The notes beneath the pieces were generated by a model, which worked only from the letters and a program-made list of their open reading frames with translations, had not been told where the DNA came from and made no database searches. A program made the position numbers and the translations under genes. A stretch of 32,597 bases of DNA, taken from Planctomycetota bacterium. GTDB lineage: Bacteria; Planctomycetota; PUPC01; JABMSA01; JAUWKK01. This document shows positions 1 through 8,454 of the stretch, piece after piece. Within the stretch, counting starts at the first letter, position 1; every line of letters begins with the position of its first letter. The stretch spans positions 1-32,597 of the forward strand of contig JAUWKK010000002.1 of the NCBI GenBank assembly GCA_030614245.1, written 5' to 3'.

Positions 1-596
<596 letters not shown>

Positions 597-609
597 CGCC
601 CGTCATCTC

Positions 610-810
610 CTACCGTCCGCTCCTATCAGCGTTCATCCGCGGTTCCCGATTCTTTTCCGCCAATCCCTCCAGCTTCGCCTCGCACCCCGTGCAGATCTTC
701 CGATGCCGCTCCATGCACAGCTTCCGACCGCACATCGGGCAATCGATCAATCCCATCCGCCTGAATATCCGCCGCTGCCGCCCGTTCACGTCCCACATCC
801 TCCTTCGCAA
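610..810 (-). CDS. small Zn-finger hypothetical protein (true start probably GTG 789 or ATG 798)
   Basis: CPMCG...CTGC motifs. GTGA overlap with the upstream stop, GGAGG upstream. Confidence 0.5.
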   Translation of the reverse strand: MRRRMWDVNGRQRRIFRRMGLIDCPMCGRKLCMERHRKICTGCEAKLEGLAEKNREPRMNADRSGR

Positions 811-1619
811 TCCTCGCGGAATTCGTCGAAGAGCTGCAGCTGGGCGTCGCCCAGGTCAGCCTCATGTAATGGCTGACAGCTTCGGTGCACATAAAGTTTC
901 TGGTCGAGTTTGCGGTTGCAGATGGCGCCGGGCCGCCGCAGCCCTTCGTCGACTTGACGGGCACGCTGCCAGCCGTTCGGATCGCCAGCCCGCAGGCATC
1001 GCCATTCCCGTTGCGATTTGAACGGGCAAAACACGCACGCGGAACGACCAACCGGATGGGGTACGCGTCGCTGGAGGGCTTCTATGGAATCTCGTCGCCT
1101 GATCTCCCGATCGATCAGTGGGAAAGATGCCTCGCTCCACGGCTCCCGAGCGAAGCGGGCTAGCGTGCGGCAGGCCCGCCCCTGCTCCTCGAACGAGAAA
1201 CCGAAGTATTGCACGACGGTCGTGCCCTTCGGCACTCGCTGCCGCGGCTGCATGCCCAACAGCCGTCGACGAATGATCTGTTTGACGACATTGATCTTGT
1301 AGTCTTTGGTGCATTGTCGACGCGTGCGGCCGATAGGCCCGCCCTCGACGGCCCTGGTGTAGGCCGGTATGCTCGCGAACCGGCCGCCTCGGGAGTTTAC
1401 CCCGCGCAGCAGGTCATCCCCGAGCTTCCCCGCTGTACCGGTGAGGATTGGGGGGCCGCCAAGCGTCTGCAGCCACTCAAGGTGCTGATAGACTGCTGCC
1501 GGCTCCTCTTGGGTGTCCGCGAAGATGGCGGCATCTATTTGCAGCCGGTCATCGTAGGCCAGCAGATACAGATGGGTGGAGTTGATGCCGGCGCCGAGGT
1601 TCAAAACGTGCAGGATCAT
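786..1619 (-). CDS. phosphoadenosine-phosphosulfate reductase-like / PP-loop adenine nucleotide alpha-hydrolase, phage type
   Basis: VLNLGAGINST (PP-loop-like), IFADTQEEP, RQCTKDYKI, FPLI, RSACVFCPF and C-terminal CEGGCG. Start trimmed to MILHVL (ATG 1619). Confidence 0.8.
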   Translation of the reverse strand: MILHVLNLGAGINSTHLYLLAYDDRLQIDAAIFADTQEEPAAVYQHLEWLQTLGGPPILTGTAGKLGDDLLRGVNSRGGRFASIPAYTRAVEGGPIGRTRRQCTKDYKINVVKQIIRRRLLGMQPRQRVPKGTTVVQYFGFSFEEQGRACRTLARFAREPWSEASFPLIDREIRRRDSIEALQRRVPHPVGRSACVFCPFKSQREWRCLRAGDPNGWQRARQVDEGLRRPGAICNRKLDQKLYVHRSCQPLHEADLGDAQLQLFDEFREDCEGGCGT

Positions 1620-1620
1620 A

Positions 1621-1824
1621 TTAAAGCATCTCCCGACCGGGACCATCGCGAATCTCTCGGAACATCTGTCTGACTTCGGCCCGCCCGGCGTAACGCAGTC
1701 CGCGCCGATAGTGGTTCTTGGCGAAGCGCGCCATCCCCCTGCGTGCCCGAAAAAGTCTCCGAAATCTCGTGAGGATATCCTGCTCGTCGCCCCCGCAAAG
1801 TGCAATGCGTCCCTCGCGGCTCAT
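1621..1824 (-). CDS. hypothetical Arg-rich protein (currently read in frame with DUF4031)
   Basis: ATG 1824 overlaps the TGA of the alternative DUF4031 frame (ATGA coupling). Begins MSREGRIALCGGDEQD. Confidence 0.5.
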   Translation of the reverse strand: MSREGRIALCGGDEQDILTRFRRLFRARRGMARFAKNHYRRGLRYAGRAEVRQMFREIRDGPGREML

Positions 1825-2091
1825 GATGTCGCCCCCCGCTCCTGCCGCAGCCGCACGAGGGTCGGGGCCGTCACCTCGTGCGGCCCCGTGCAACACCGCC
1901 AGGCGGCGTTTATTGGCCGTCAAGTCGTAGCGATCGGTCTGCAGCCACGATCGTCGCAGCCCGATCGCTTTCCGCATCATCTCCAACTTCTCGTCCGTAT
2001 CCGCCATCATGTGACAGCATTCGCGGCATCCCTCCGGGAACCTCCCAACCCAGTCTCGGCTAAGGAAGAGTTTGTCGACATAGACAGCCAT
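1821..2091 (-). CDS. DUF4031 family protein (apparent 1-nt frameshift near 1882)
   Basis: MAVYVD...CHMMADT.E.L......IGLRRSWLQ..RYDLT..KR..AV..GA. Start overlaps the upstream stop (TGATG). Confidence 0.75.
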
Positions 2092-2477
2092 CAATGCTGT
2101 CCTCCACTGTAGCGAGTGCCCCGGTTCCAGAAAATGTGGTGATTGGAATTGATGGCCATTTCGTGTCCGCATCTGCAACAGCGCATGATCGGCTGGTGCG
2201 TTTCTGCAGACCATCGGAGGCGAAGGTTATAAGCCTTGGGCGCATTGGGCTCGGCGGCCAATCCGCAGAAGGGGCAGGGATCCGGGTAACGGCCTATGAC
2301 CGGCACCAACCCATGTTCGTCCAGGCATTCCCGCCGGCCGACGACGCCGCAGACGGGGCATGGCCGGCAAATGCACCCAAACGTCCCATCCGCGGGATCG
2401 CGGCCACACAGCTCGCAAAGTCCTTCGGTAATCCGCGGCGAGAGGGCGGCACCGCCTCGTAGATCATACGTCCCCAT
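2091..2477 (-). CDS. Cys-rich multi Zn-finger hypothetical protein
   Basis: CELCG, CICRPCPVCG, CPFCG, CCRCG. AAGGAG SD before ATG 2477. Confidence 0.65.
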   Translation of the reverse strand: MGTYDLRGGAALSPRITEGLCELCGRDPADGTFGCICRPCPVCGVVGRRECLDEHGLVPVIGRYPDPCPFCGLAAEPNAPKAYNLRLRWSAETHQPIMRCCRCGHEMAINSNHHIFWNRGTRYSGGQH

Positions 2478-2487
2478 GATTTGCTCC

Positions 2488-2751
2488 TTATGGTATCCTC
2501 CTGCCTTCCAGAATTTCCTTGACACTATTTTGAAGCTGTCTCGTATATTCCTGGCGCACGCCAGAGTGCTCGGGCTGAACGATGCGGCGCGCTAGTTCAA
2601 CCAACTTCTCCAAAGCCCGCCACTCCGCCGCGCAGCAGCACACGACAGGCTCCGTGATTGTGACTATGTCGATGATGGGCTCGCCAGCTCCATTCAGGCT
2701 GCGGCAGGCGATCTCACTGCTCGAGGCCTCGATCGGCTTTATCCACGTCAT
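2488..2751 (-). CDS. hypothetical protein
   Basis: GAAAGGA SD and ATGA overlap with the upstream gene. Begins MTWIKPIE. Confidence 0.6.
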   Translation of the reverse strand: MTWIKPIEASSSEIACRSLNGAGEPIIDIVTITEPVVCCCAAEWRALEKLVELARRIVQPEHSGVRQEYTRQLQNSVKEILEGRRIP

Positions 2752-3050
2752 GTGTCTGTCCTTTCGGTAATTTCCTGGATGAGATGGTGAAACTTGCGAC
2801 ACTTTTCTCCGTCTGCGTCTCCCAGCAACAGATCCGCATCGATCTCGGCGGCCAATTTCACTAATCGCAAGAGCGCGAGGAAGTGGTCGAGTTCGCAATA
2901 TACCCCTTCGTATTGTGCCCAGAATACCGGGCACGATGAGGCCCCGCTGTATCGCATGGCGGCCTCGAGGATAGGATTTTTCATGCGCTCGGGCACGTAG
3001 ATGTCGGCTCTCACGCCCCGTAGCGCGGGTTTCCATTTTTGCAGGCTCAT
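2748..3050 (-). CDS. hypothetical protein
   Basis: ATGA overlaps at both ends. Begins MSLQKWKP. Confidence 0.6.
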   Translation of the reverse strand: MSLQKWKPALRGVRADIYVPERMKNPILEAAMRYSGASSCPVFWAQYEGVYCELDHFLALLRLVKLAAEIDADLLLGDADGEKCRKFHHLIQEITERTDT

Positions 3051-3616
3051 TTGGGATCTGGCTCCGTTTCTCCCGCAGACGGGTCGGCACCACCGCAAAG
3101 ATCGTCCCGCCCACATTGGCCCCTCAATGCCGCCTCGAGGGCGAGGTGGAAGGCCTCGCCACCGTGGATCAAGCGCAGCGCGTCGACGCGTAGGGCGGCC
3201 CCGGTCGCCACCAACCGCCGCCAAGCCTGCCACTCCGCTCGGCAGCATATCGTGCACGAGCCGCCAAGATACACCTGCGGCCACGGCTCGGGCACATCGG
3301 GTGCCGGAGAAGGCGGCGTGCAACCAGTCGGCAGGAAGTGACCCTCCCGCTTGCAGCCCGCGCTCAGTCGGTCCGTCGGGTCAACATTCAGCAATATTTC
3401 GCAATCGCAGAAGGCGTTGTAACAGTGCTGGAAGTGCTGGAACGTTCGTGCGATAGAGATGTCATCGAGCGAGCGCAAGACACTGGCCGCAACCTCATAG
3501 GTCCCAGTGCACTTCAAGGTAACACGGCCATCGGGATGTTTCCGGCATAGCCGTGCGGCGAGTTGGTCTGTGAAACACTCAAATTTCGGATGGTCTCGGT
3601 CCATGCGTAGCATCAT
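3047..3616 (-). CDS. DUF2695-like domain protein with C-terminal extension
   Basis: AFCDCEILLNV resembles the DUF2695 GxCDCEVLxN signature. GAAAGGA SD. Confidence 0.6.
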   Translation of the reverse strand: MMLRMDRDHPKFECFTDQLAARLCRKHPDGRVTLKCTGTYEVAASVLRSLDDISIARTFQHFQHCYNAFCDCEILLNVDPTDRLSAGCKREGHFLPTGCTPPSPAPDVPEPWPQVYLGGSCTICCRAEWQAWRRLVATGAALRVDALRLIHGGEAFHLALEAALRGQCGRDDLCGGADPSAGETEPDPK

Positions 3617-3663
3617 AACATCCTTTCAAACAGTATCGATTCAAAACATCCTGGATTGAACTG

Positions 3664-4041
3664 TTATCCAGCAAGCTCCTTCTCTAGCAGGCACTCGGGA
3701 CAATACGGCCCAAAGCCCTCGGCGGCGAAGAATCTCTTTCCGCAAGAGCAGCTTCGTTCCGTTATGCCGTAGTGGACAGTAATTCCTGCCGCGACACACT
3801 CGGGGCAGAACGGCTCATAGCCAGGCAGCGGCTGTTCCTTTTCGGGGAATCGTCGGTGGCAGTGCTTGCATTCATAGGTGGTTTGATGATTCGCCGGAAG
3901 AGGATTATCCTGACTTTCCTTACTCGAGAACTCCGCCCAGTACTCAGACATGCCTTTGATGGTCAACGCACGCCGACGGACGGTGGTCGCCAGATCCAAT
4001 GCGAGCGTGTGCCGTGGCACCCTAATCGTCGGCCGATCCAT
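3664..4041 (-). CDS. double Zn-ribbon protein
   Basis: CKHC..CPEC and CSCG..CPEC. CAGGAG SD before ATG 4041. Confidence 0.65.
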   Translation of the reverse strand: MDRPTIRVPRHTLALDLATTVRRRALTIKGMSEYWAEFSSKESQDNPLPANHQTTYECKHCHRRFPEKEQPLPGYEPFCPECVAAGITVHYGITERSCSCGKRFFAAEGFGPYCPECLLEKELAG

Positions 4042-4450
4042 CGTTTTGATCTCCTGACGAGTGCCACGTGACGGCACTCGCGGCCATAGTTGCCGGCGTG
4101 CCGGCCACCGATGTCGGCGGGCATACCGTACCAGCCGCAACGCCTGGCGGCATGATGGCCAACACCGTCGCTGTGGGCTTCTGCAAACTGCGGACAACCG
4201 TGCTGATGATGTTGGCCGCAGCTATTTCCAGATGCTTCTGCGACCAGTTATCGTTCCAACGCTCATTGTACTGCCGGATCATGATAGGCAAATCCGTCCC
4301 CTCATCGAGCTTGAATAGCAGCTTATGTTCGGTGCGGCGCATGAGAAAGCGGAAATCGCATACACGCTGCAGCCCCCAGGCCTCGCATTGGAGGTACTCC
4401 TCATCCGACGGCTCACGCGGGCAGTGCCACGCGTAATCATCAGTCAGCAT
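4022..4450 (-). CDS. hypothetical protein
   Basis: AAGGGG SD before MLTDDY. Tight packing with neighbours. Confidence 0.55.
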   Translation of the reverse strand: MLTDDYAWHCPREPSDEEYLQCEAWGLQRVCDFRFLMRRTEHKLLFKLDEGTDLPIMIRQYNERWNDNWSQKHLEIAAANIISTVVRSLQKPTATVLAIMPPGVAAGTVCPPTSVAGTPATMAASAVTWHSSGDQNDGSADD

Positions 4451-4844
4451 GGCCGTCCCCCTTCGGAGCATCCGCATCATGTGGCACCATCGAGAGCCGC
4501 AGCGGGCCGGACGGGCTCCGATGCTCTTCCTGTAATCGCTTGAACTCGACCTGCGTCTCGGCCTCGACCTGAATCGCTTCGGTGCGTTGGCCGAGCTTCA
4601 TCGCCTCCCTCGCGTGCTCGTCCAGCCGGCATGCCAGGCCGAAAATAATATGCTGGAATTTCGCCCGCATCTGCCGCGTCCGCCGCTCCAGCACTATCCC
4701 TTTGGCCCGCGAGCGGAAGATGGCATTTTGCTGCTCCACGTCGAGCTGGTTGCTCGTATCGAGTAGATTCCGCTCATGCTGCTCGATGGAGGCCTGTGCT
4801 TCCGTCAATTGTTGCCGAAGTGTTTGCTTTTTCGCCACGATCAT
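4440..4844 (-). CDS. coiled-coil hypothetical protein (start may be GTG 4838)
   Basis: Heptad-rich Q/E/L sequence. AAGGAG SD. Confidence 0.65.
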   Translation of the reverse strand: MIVAKKQTLRQQLTEAQASIEQHERNLLDTSNQLDVEQQNAIFRSRAKGIVLERRTRQMRAKFQHIIFGLACRLDEHAREAMKLGQRTEAIQVEAETQVEFKRLQEEHRSPSGPLRLSMVPHDADAPKGDGHAD

Positions 4845-4940
4845 TCTCCTTCTGTTGTTCGATGCCAGGCGACGAGGCGGGCGCCCAGTACGGGCAAAAG
4901 TGATGTGGCATCCGCCTGCCGCCGGCTTTCCCCCGGAAAT

Positions 4941-5282
4941 CTATGCTTGCTGCTCCTCACTGGATGCCGACTGCAAACGCAATTCCATGTCCGCCAATGC
5001 CAAGTTGCTCTTGATCTCGTTGAGCGTCGTGGAACCAGCGTTCCTATGGCGGAGGATGTCGTTTTCGGATAGCCTCGCCAGCTCCTCCATGCTGCTGATG
5101 GCATGATGACTCAATACATTGCGGGCCCTGACGCTCCATCCGAACTCCGATACCGGCGTGAACCCGGATCGCTTTTCGTCGGGCGACTTCCCGAGATAAA
5201 CCGCGCGCCGCAGGCGTTCAATCTCCAAAGCCGCGGCGATAAGTAGCTGGGCCTCTTCACGCAGTTTTTTCACAATATCCAT
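4941..5282 (-). CDS. RNA polymerase alpha-subunit C-terminal domain-like protein
   Basis: PVSEFGWSVRARNVL...ISSMEELARLSENDILRHRNAGSTTLNEIKSNL aligns by eye to alpha-CTD PVDDLELTVRSANCL...[30 protein letters not shown]. Confidence 0.85.
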   Translation of the reverse strand: MDIVKKLREEAQLLIAAALEIERLRRAVYLGKSPDEKRSGFTPVSEFGWSVRARNVLSHHAISSMEELARLSENDILRHRNAGSTTLNEIKSNLALADMELRLQSASSEEQQA

Positions 5283-5301
5283 GATGCCCCTTTCAAGAAG
5301 C

Positions 5302-5422
5302 GCGGGGCCTGTCCGACGGCCTGGTCTTCGACCCCAGCCCGGGCGTCGAGCGCCTCTATCGGCCCAGGCCCCGCATTGCTCCGTGGAACGTTGTTAGTTC
5401 GATGATGCATCTCGACACCGCG
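5302..5422 (-). ncRNA. candidate structured cis-regulatory RNA, copy 1
   Basis: Ungapped 104/121 identity to 6621-6741, with compensatory changes in predicted stems. Intergenic, just upstream of an RBS. Confidence 0.6.
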
Positions 5423-6220
5423 TTATCGCACGCGTCGGGGTTTCAGTTTTTTCCGTGTGACTATCCGCCCCGTGCCGCCACAGTATTTACACTTCGCTTT
5501 CCGATACTTGCCGTCGTAATTACTTCTCGTTCCTCGCACGACCCCATCGCCGCCACAGCGAGGACAACGAATCTTTATCAGGCGAAATCTTGGCTTTGAT
5601 GTTTTCTGACTGAATGGCTTGGAGCCAATCGATTTGTTCCGGTGCGGCGCCTGCAGATCATCTGGAATCGTCTCCTCGAGGACGTCTGTATTTTCCGCTT
5701 CGTCTTTCCCGATAATTCTGCCCCGACGGTCTACGGCAAAGCGACAGATGAGTTTGAATTCATAAATCTCATACGTCCCGAACTTGGGGCCTTTGGGAGC
5801 AAACCGCCGAATGGCGGCTTTTGCTTTCCGGTAAGATGGAAAGAACATCAACCGATGACCAAGAGTGACCGGGGCTCGTCCAGGCGTTGAGAAGAAGAGT
5901 TGTTGACGTATTTCCGGTTTCTTCGCCGAGGCCGCAGCATCATTCATTGTCTGCAGCGCCCTGCCAGAGAGAGGCTGGAGGGTATCATCGCCATCACGGA
6001 TTGCCCCACACTCCGCTCCATCGACGTTGTAAAAGCGAAGGCCAAAGACAGATACAATCTTTTGGTCCCGTTCCTTAATCGCGGCACGTGGTACAGCCTG
6101 GCCGATTCGCTGGCCCGGGGCCGGTCGTTCCTGGGGCTGGTCGAGGTCGGGGGCCGCAGCTGCATCGCCGGCATCGGCGCCGGCGATGAGTCCCAGCAAG
6201 AACATAATAAACACATTCAT
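5423..6220 (-). CDS. putative exported protein with C-terminal DnaJ-type CxxCxGxG Zn finger
   Basis: Hydrophobic N-terminus (VFIMFLLGLIAGADA), CPRCGGDG and CKYCGGTG. AAGGAG SD. Confidence 0.7.
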   Translation of the reverse strand: MNVFIMFLLGLIAGADAGDAAAAPDLDQPQERPAPGQRIGQAVPRAAIKERDQKIVSVFGLRFYNVDGAECGAIRDGDDTLQPLSGRALQTMNDAAASAKKPEIRQQLFFSTPGRAPVTLGHRLMFFPSYRKAKAAIRRFAPKGPKFGTYEIYEFKLICRFAVDRRGRIIGKDEAENTDVLEETIPDDLQAPHRNKSIGSKPFSQKTSKPRFRLIKIRCPRCGGDGVVRGTRSNYDGKYRKAKCKYCGGTGRIVTRKKLKPRRVR

Positions 6221-6320
6221 TTCGTTCTCCTTTTTCGCCCCTCGATAAAGCCCCGTTCCCCCGGCGAGGGGTTTGATCGCTGACCCCGAGGCCAGCGAAC
6301 CGGGAAGGGCATTGCGTCAT

Positions 6321-6605
6321 TTACCGACTATCCTCCAGCGCCCGCACCGCGTTGTCGAGAGCCGGATCATTGTGGAATGCCCCCGAGCTCCCGCCCGTGC
6401 GGCCGGCGTTCTCGTCCAGAATCTGCTCGATGTTGTCGTGGATATCGCCGCCGAGCACCTCGTTCGCACAATCAGGACAATACGCCGTCGTCCCGACCAT
6501 CAGCATTGCCCTATCGCCGCACCCGCACCAGCGCGGCCGCGCCTGCTCGGACAGCATATATATCTCCCCGCGCCGCCCTGCCCGTCTTTTACGTCGTGGC
6601 CTCAA
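6321..6605 (-). CDS. small Zn-finger hypothetical protein
   Basis: AGGAGG SD plus TTG start. CGCG..CPDC. Confidence 0.6.
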   Translation of the reverse strand: MRPRRKRRAGRRGEIYMLSEQARPRWCGCGDRAMLMVGTTAYCPDCANEVLGGDIHDNIEQILDENAGRTGGSSGAFHNDPALDNAVRALEDSR

Positions 6606-6620
6606 CCCAACCTCCTATCT

Positions 6621-6741
6621 GCGGAGCTCATCCGACGGCCTGGCGTTCGGCCCCAGCCCGGGCGTCAAGCGCCTCTACCGGCACGAGCCCTGCATTGCTC
6701 CGTGGAGCGTTGTTAGTTCCATGATGCATCTCGACTCTGCG
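6621..6741 (-). ncRNA. candidate structured cis-regulatory RNA, copy 2
   Basis: Repeat of 5302-5422. Lies in the leader downstream of the promoter at 6862-6890 and just upstream of an AGGAGG SD. Confidence 0.6.
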
Positions 6742-6861
6742 CGACATGTCGTACGATTGTCGGGTGCGGGCGCACGCATCGATGTCACGCGGTATGAAGG
6801 CGTGTGCGTGCACCCGCTGGAGCTCTGCATTTGTAACTATCTCGCGTGACATCGTGCGGTC

Positions 6862-6890
6862 ACCTTATCTCGGTTGGTTCCGTCAATCAA
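6862..6890 (-). promoter_or_regulatory. sigma70-type promoter of early operon
   Basis: TTGATT-N17-TAAGGT with an upstream A-tract, next to palindrome TTTCGCC-N4-GGCGAAA (6897-6914). Confidence 0.55.
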
Positions 6891-6922
6891 GGGTTTTTTC
6901 GCCGAGGGGCGAAAGTTTTATA

Positions 6923-7204
6923 TTATCTCTCATGGTTGAGGAGCTTCTTGATATCGAGTAGGTGATTGGCGATGACGCCGAGTCCGCCGATTATGAATGC
7001 GATGCCAACACTTAAGATACCGCAGCCCAAGATGATACACCCCGGAATTGATCGAGTCGCCGCTTGAGTTCCTCGTAAAATCTCGCCGCGACTATGCCAA
7101 AAACTCTCATGCCTTATATCGTATCCGACCGGCGTTGCCATCATGAACCCGATGAAGACGAGAAAAGCGGCCAGCAGTCCCAGGCCGACCGCACCCACTA
7201 TCAT
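6923..7204 (-). CDS. two-TM membrane protein (possible superinfection exclusion/immunity)
   Basis: Two hydrophobic segments (MIVGAVGLGLLAAFLVFIGFMM; IILGCGILSVGIAFIIGGLGVIA), directly downstream of the HTH gene. Function is inferred. Confidence 0.6.
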   Translation of the reverse strand: MIVGAVGLGLLAAFLVFIGFMMATPVGYDIRHESFWHSRGEILRGTQAATRSIPGCIILGCGILSVGIAFIIGGLGVIANHLLDIKKLLNHER

Positions 7205-7263
7205 ATCAGACCCGCGTTGTCGCTTCTTCTCGGTTCCCGGTATCGGTCCTTTGTGTCCCATCA

Positions 7264-7611
7264 TCAAACTCCTTGCTTGTTGGTTGGAACGAGCGAGCGC
7301 GCCACTTGCATCGAGGCCCACGGGATCGGCCGCTCGCCCCGCTCATACCTGGCGATGTTGTTGCCCGTTGTGTGCAGCAGCTCCGCCAGGCGGGCCTGAG
7401 TGAGGCCGAGCCGCTTGCGGATGGTCCGCAGCTCTACACCCGAGGCCCAGCGGCGGTCGACGGTGCGCACAGATGCGTCTATGCCGATCATCGCATAGCT
7501 ATCCGGCTCGGCGAACCGCACGAGCGCGTAGACGTGAAGTCCGCCGCGTTCCTCATCGGCAGGGTGGCGGAGGAACTCGGCTATCAGTATGGCGTTCTGT
7601 GGTAGATTCAT
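7264..7611 (-). CDS. XRE-family helix-turn-helix transcriptional regulator
   Basis: LRTIRKRLGLTQARLAELLHTTGNNIARYERGERPIP. Confidence 0.9.
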   Translation of the reverse strand: MNLPQNAILIAEFLRHPADEERGGLHVYALVRFAEPDSYAMIGIDASVRTVDRRWASGVELRTIRKRLGLTQARLAELLHTTGNNIARYERGERPIPWASMQVARSLVPTNKQGV

Positions 7612-7913
7612 TGTCTGCCTCCTCGCCGTACGAATTCATCGATCACCGGATCGTAATCGCCGCCGCGGGGATTGTCCGGCAGCATCTCGTCGGCGAGGCT
7701 GCGCAGGGCGCGGCGCGTCCTCGGGCCATTGTGTATGCCCGCGGCATCGGCCAGCATATCAAGGATGTTGCATTCGCACCGATCGGCCTCATACTCGACG
7801 CCGATGTCAGTGATCTCGCCATCCACAAGCACAACCGGCAACCCGTAGCTGCTCGTTGCGTGCTCGTTGGTGATGATTACTTGTCGGCCATCGATCATTA
7901 GTTTCGCATTCAT
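7608..7913 (-). CDS. phage hypothetical protein
   Basis: GAGGAG SD, TNEHATSSYGLPVVLVDG motif, ATGA overlap with the HTH gene. Confidence 0.7.
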   Translation of the reverse strand: MNAKLMIDGRQVIITNEHATSSYGLPVVLVDGEITDIGVEYEADRCECNILDMLADAAGIHNGPRTRRALRSLADEMLPDNPRGGDYDPVIDEFVRRGGRQ

Positions 7914-7960
7914 TTCGCTCCTCCTCGTCCGTGGGGGGCCTGGCGGCGACCCGGGTGGCG

Positions 7961-8368
7961 TTAGTCTCTCATTGCCGCCTCGTGGCAGTATGCGTGCCAC
8001 TCGGCCTCCATATCACCGATCACTTGGATGTAATCCTCACCGGCATCAAGCCGGGCAAGTGCCTTGCGGCCTGCAGCGCCCTTGACATAGTTGGCCGCAT
8101 CGCTGTAGCCGCGAGCATCCGAGCGTGCTGCGATAGCGGGATAGGTTTCTCGCCATTCGGCCAGCCGCCGTGCTGCATTGTCGCGAGCGCGGCGGCTCTC
8201 ATCCGGGTCAGTATCCGCAAGTGCCTCAGCACGGTCCCGCAGCCGTCCGATAATCTCCATGTCCCGCTCGTGGGCGAGGCGGTCATCGCCGTGGGCGGCT
8301 CGCTCGGCGTCGACCTTCTGCTGCGCTGCCCTCAGTTTCCGGTTGATGTCTTTGCCCCATCTCATCAT
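7961..8368 (-). CDS. hypothetical protein, first gene after strong promoter
   Basis: AAAGGAG SD before ATG 8368. Confidence 0.65.
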   Translation of the reverse strand: MMRWGKDINRKLRAAQQKVDAERAAHGDDRLAHERDMEIIGRLRDRAEALADTDPDESRRARDNAARRLAEWRETYPAIAARSDARGYSDAANYVKGAAGRKALARLDAGEDYIQVIGDMEAEWHAYCHEAAMRD

Positions 8369-8425
8369 CTCGCTCCTTTGTCCCGTGTTTGCCTTTGTTT
8401 CGTGCATGTCTCTCATTCCACCCAT

Positions 8426-8454
8426 ATTATACCACGGGCATAGGCCGAAGTCAA
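8426..8454 (-). promoter_or_regulatory. near-consensus sigma70 promoter with extended -10 and A/T-rich UP-like tract
   Basis: TTGACT-N17-TATAAT, TGG preceding -10, TTTTTTATTTTT upstream. Confidence 0.85.

Noticed and set aside
5345-5362. Lysine riboswitch (UAGAGGCGC resembles its 5' motif)
   Set aside because: The element is far too short and lacks the remaining helices; no lysine-related gene follows.
5302-6741. Repeat pair as DGR template/variable repeat
   Set aside because: Mismatches are not confined to adenines of one copy, neither copy is at a gene 3' coding end, and no reverse transcriptase is present.
6628-6852. 74-aa ORF overlapping repeat copy 2
   Set aside because: No SD, and the other copy is not part of an equivalent ORF; substitutions are better explained by RNA pairing. 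A leaderless peptide cannot be fully excluded.
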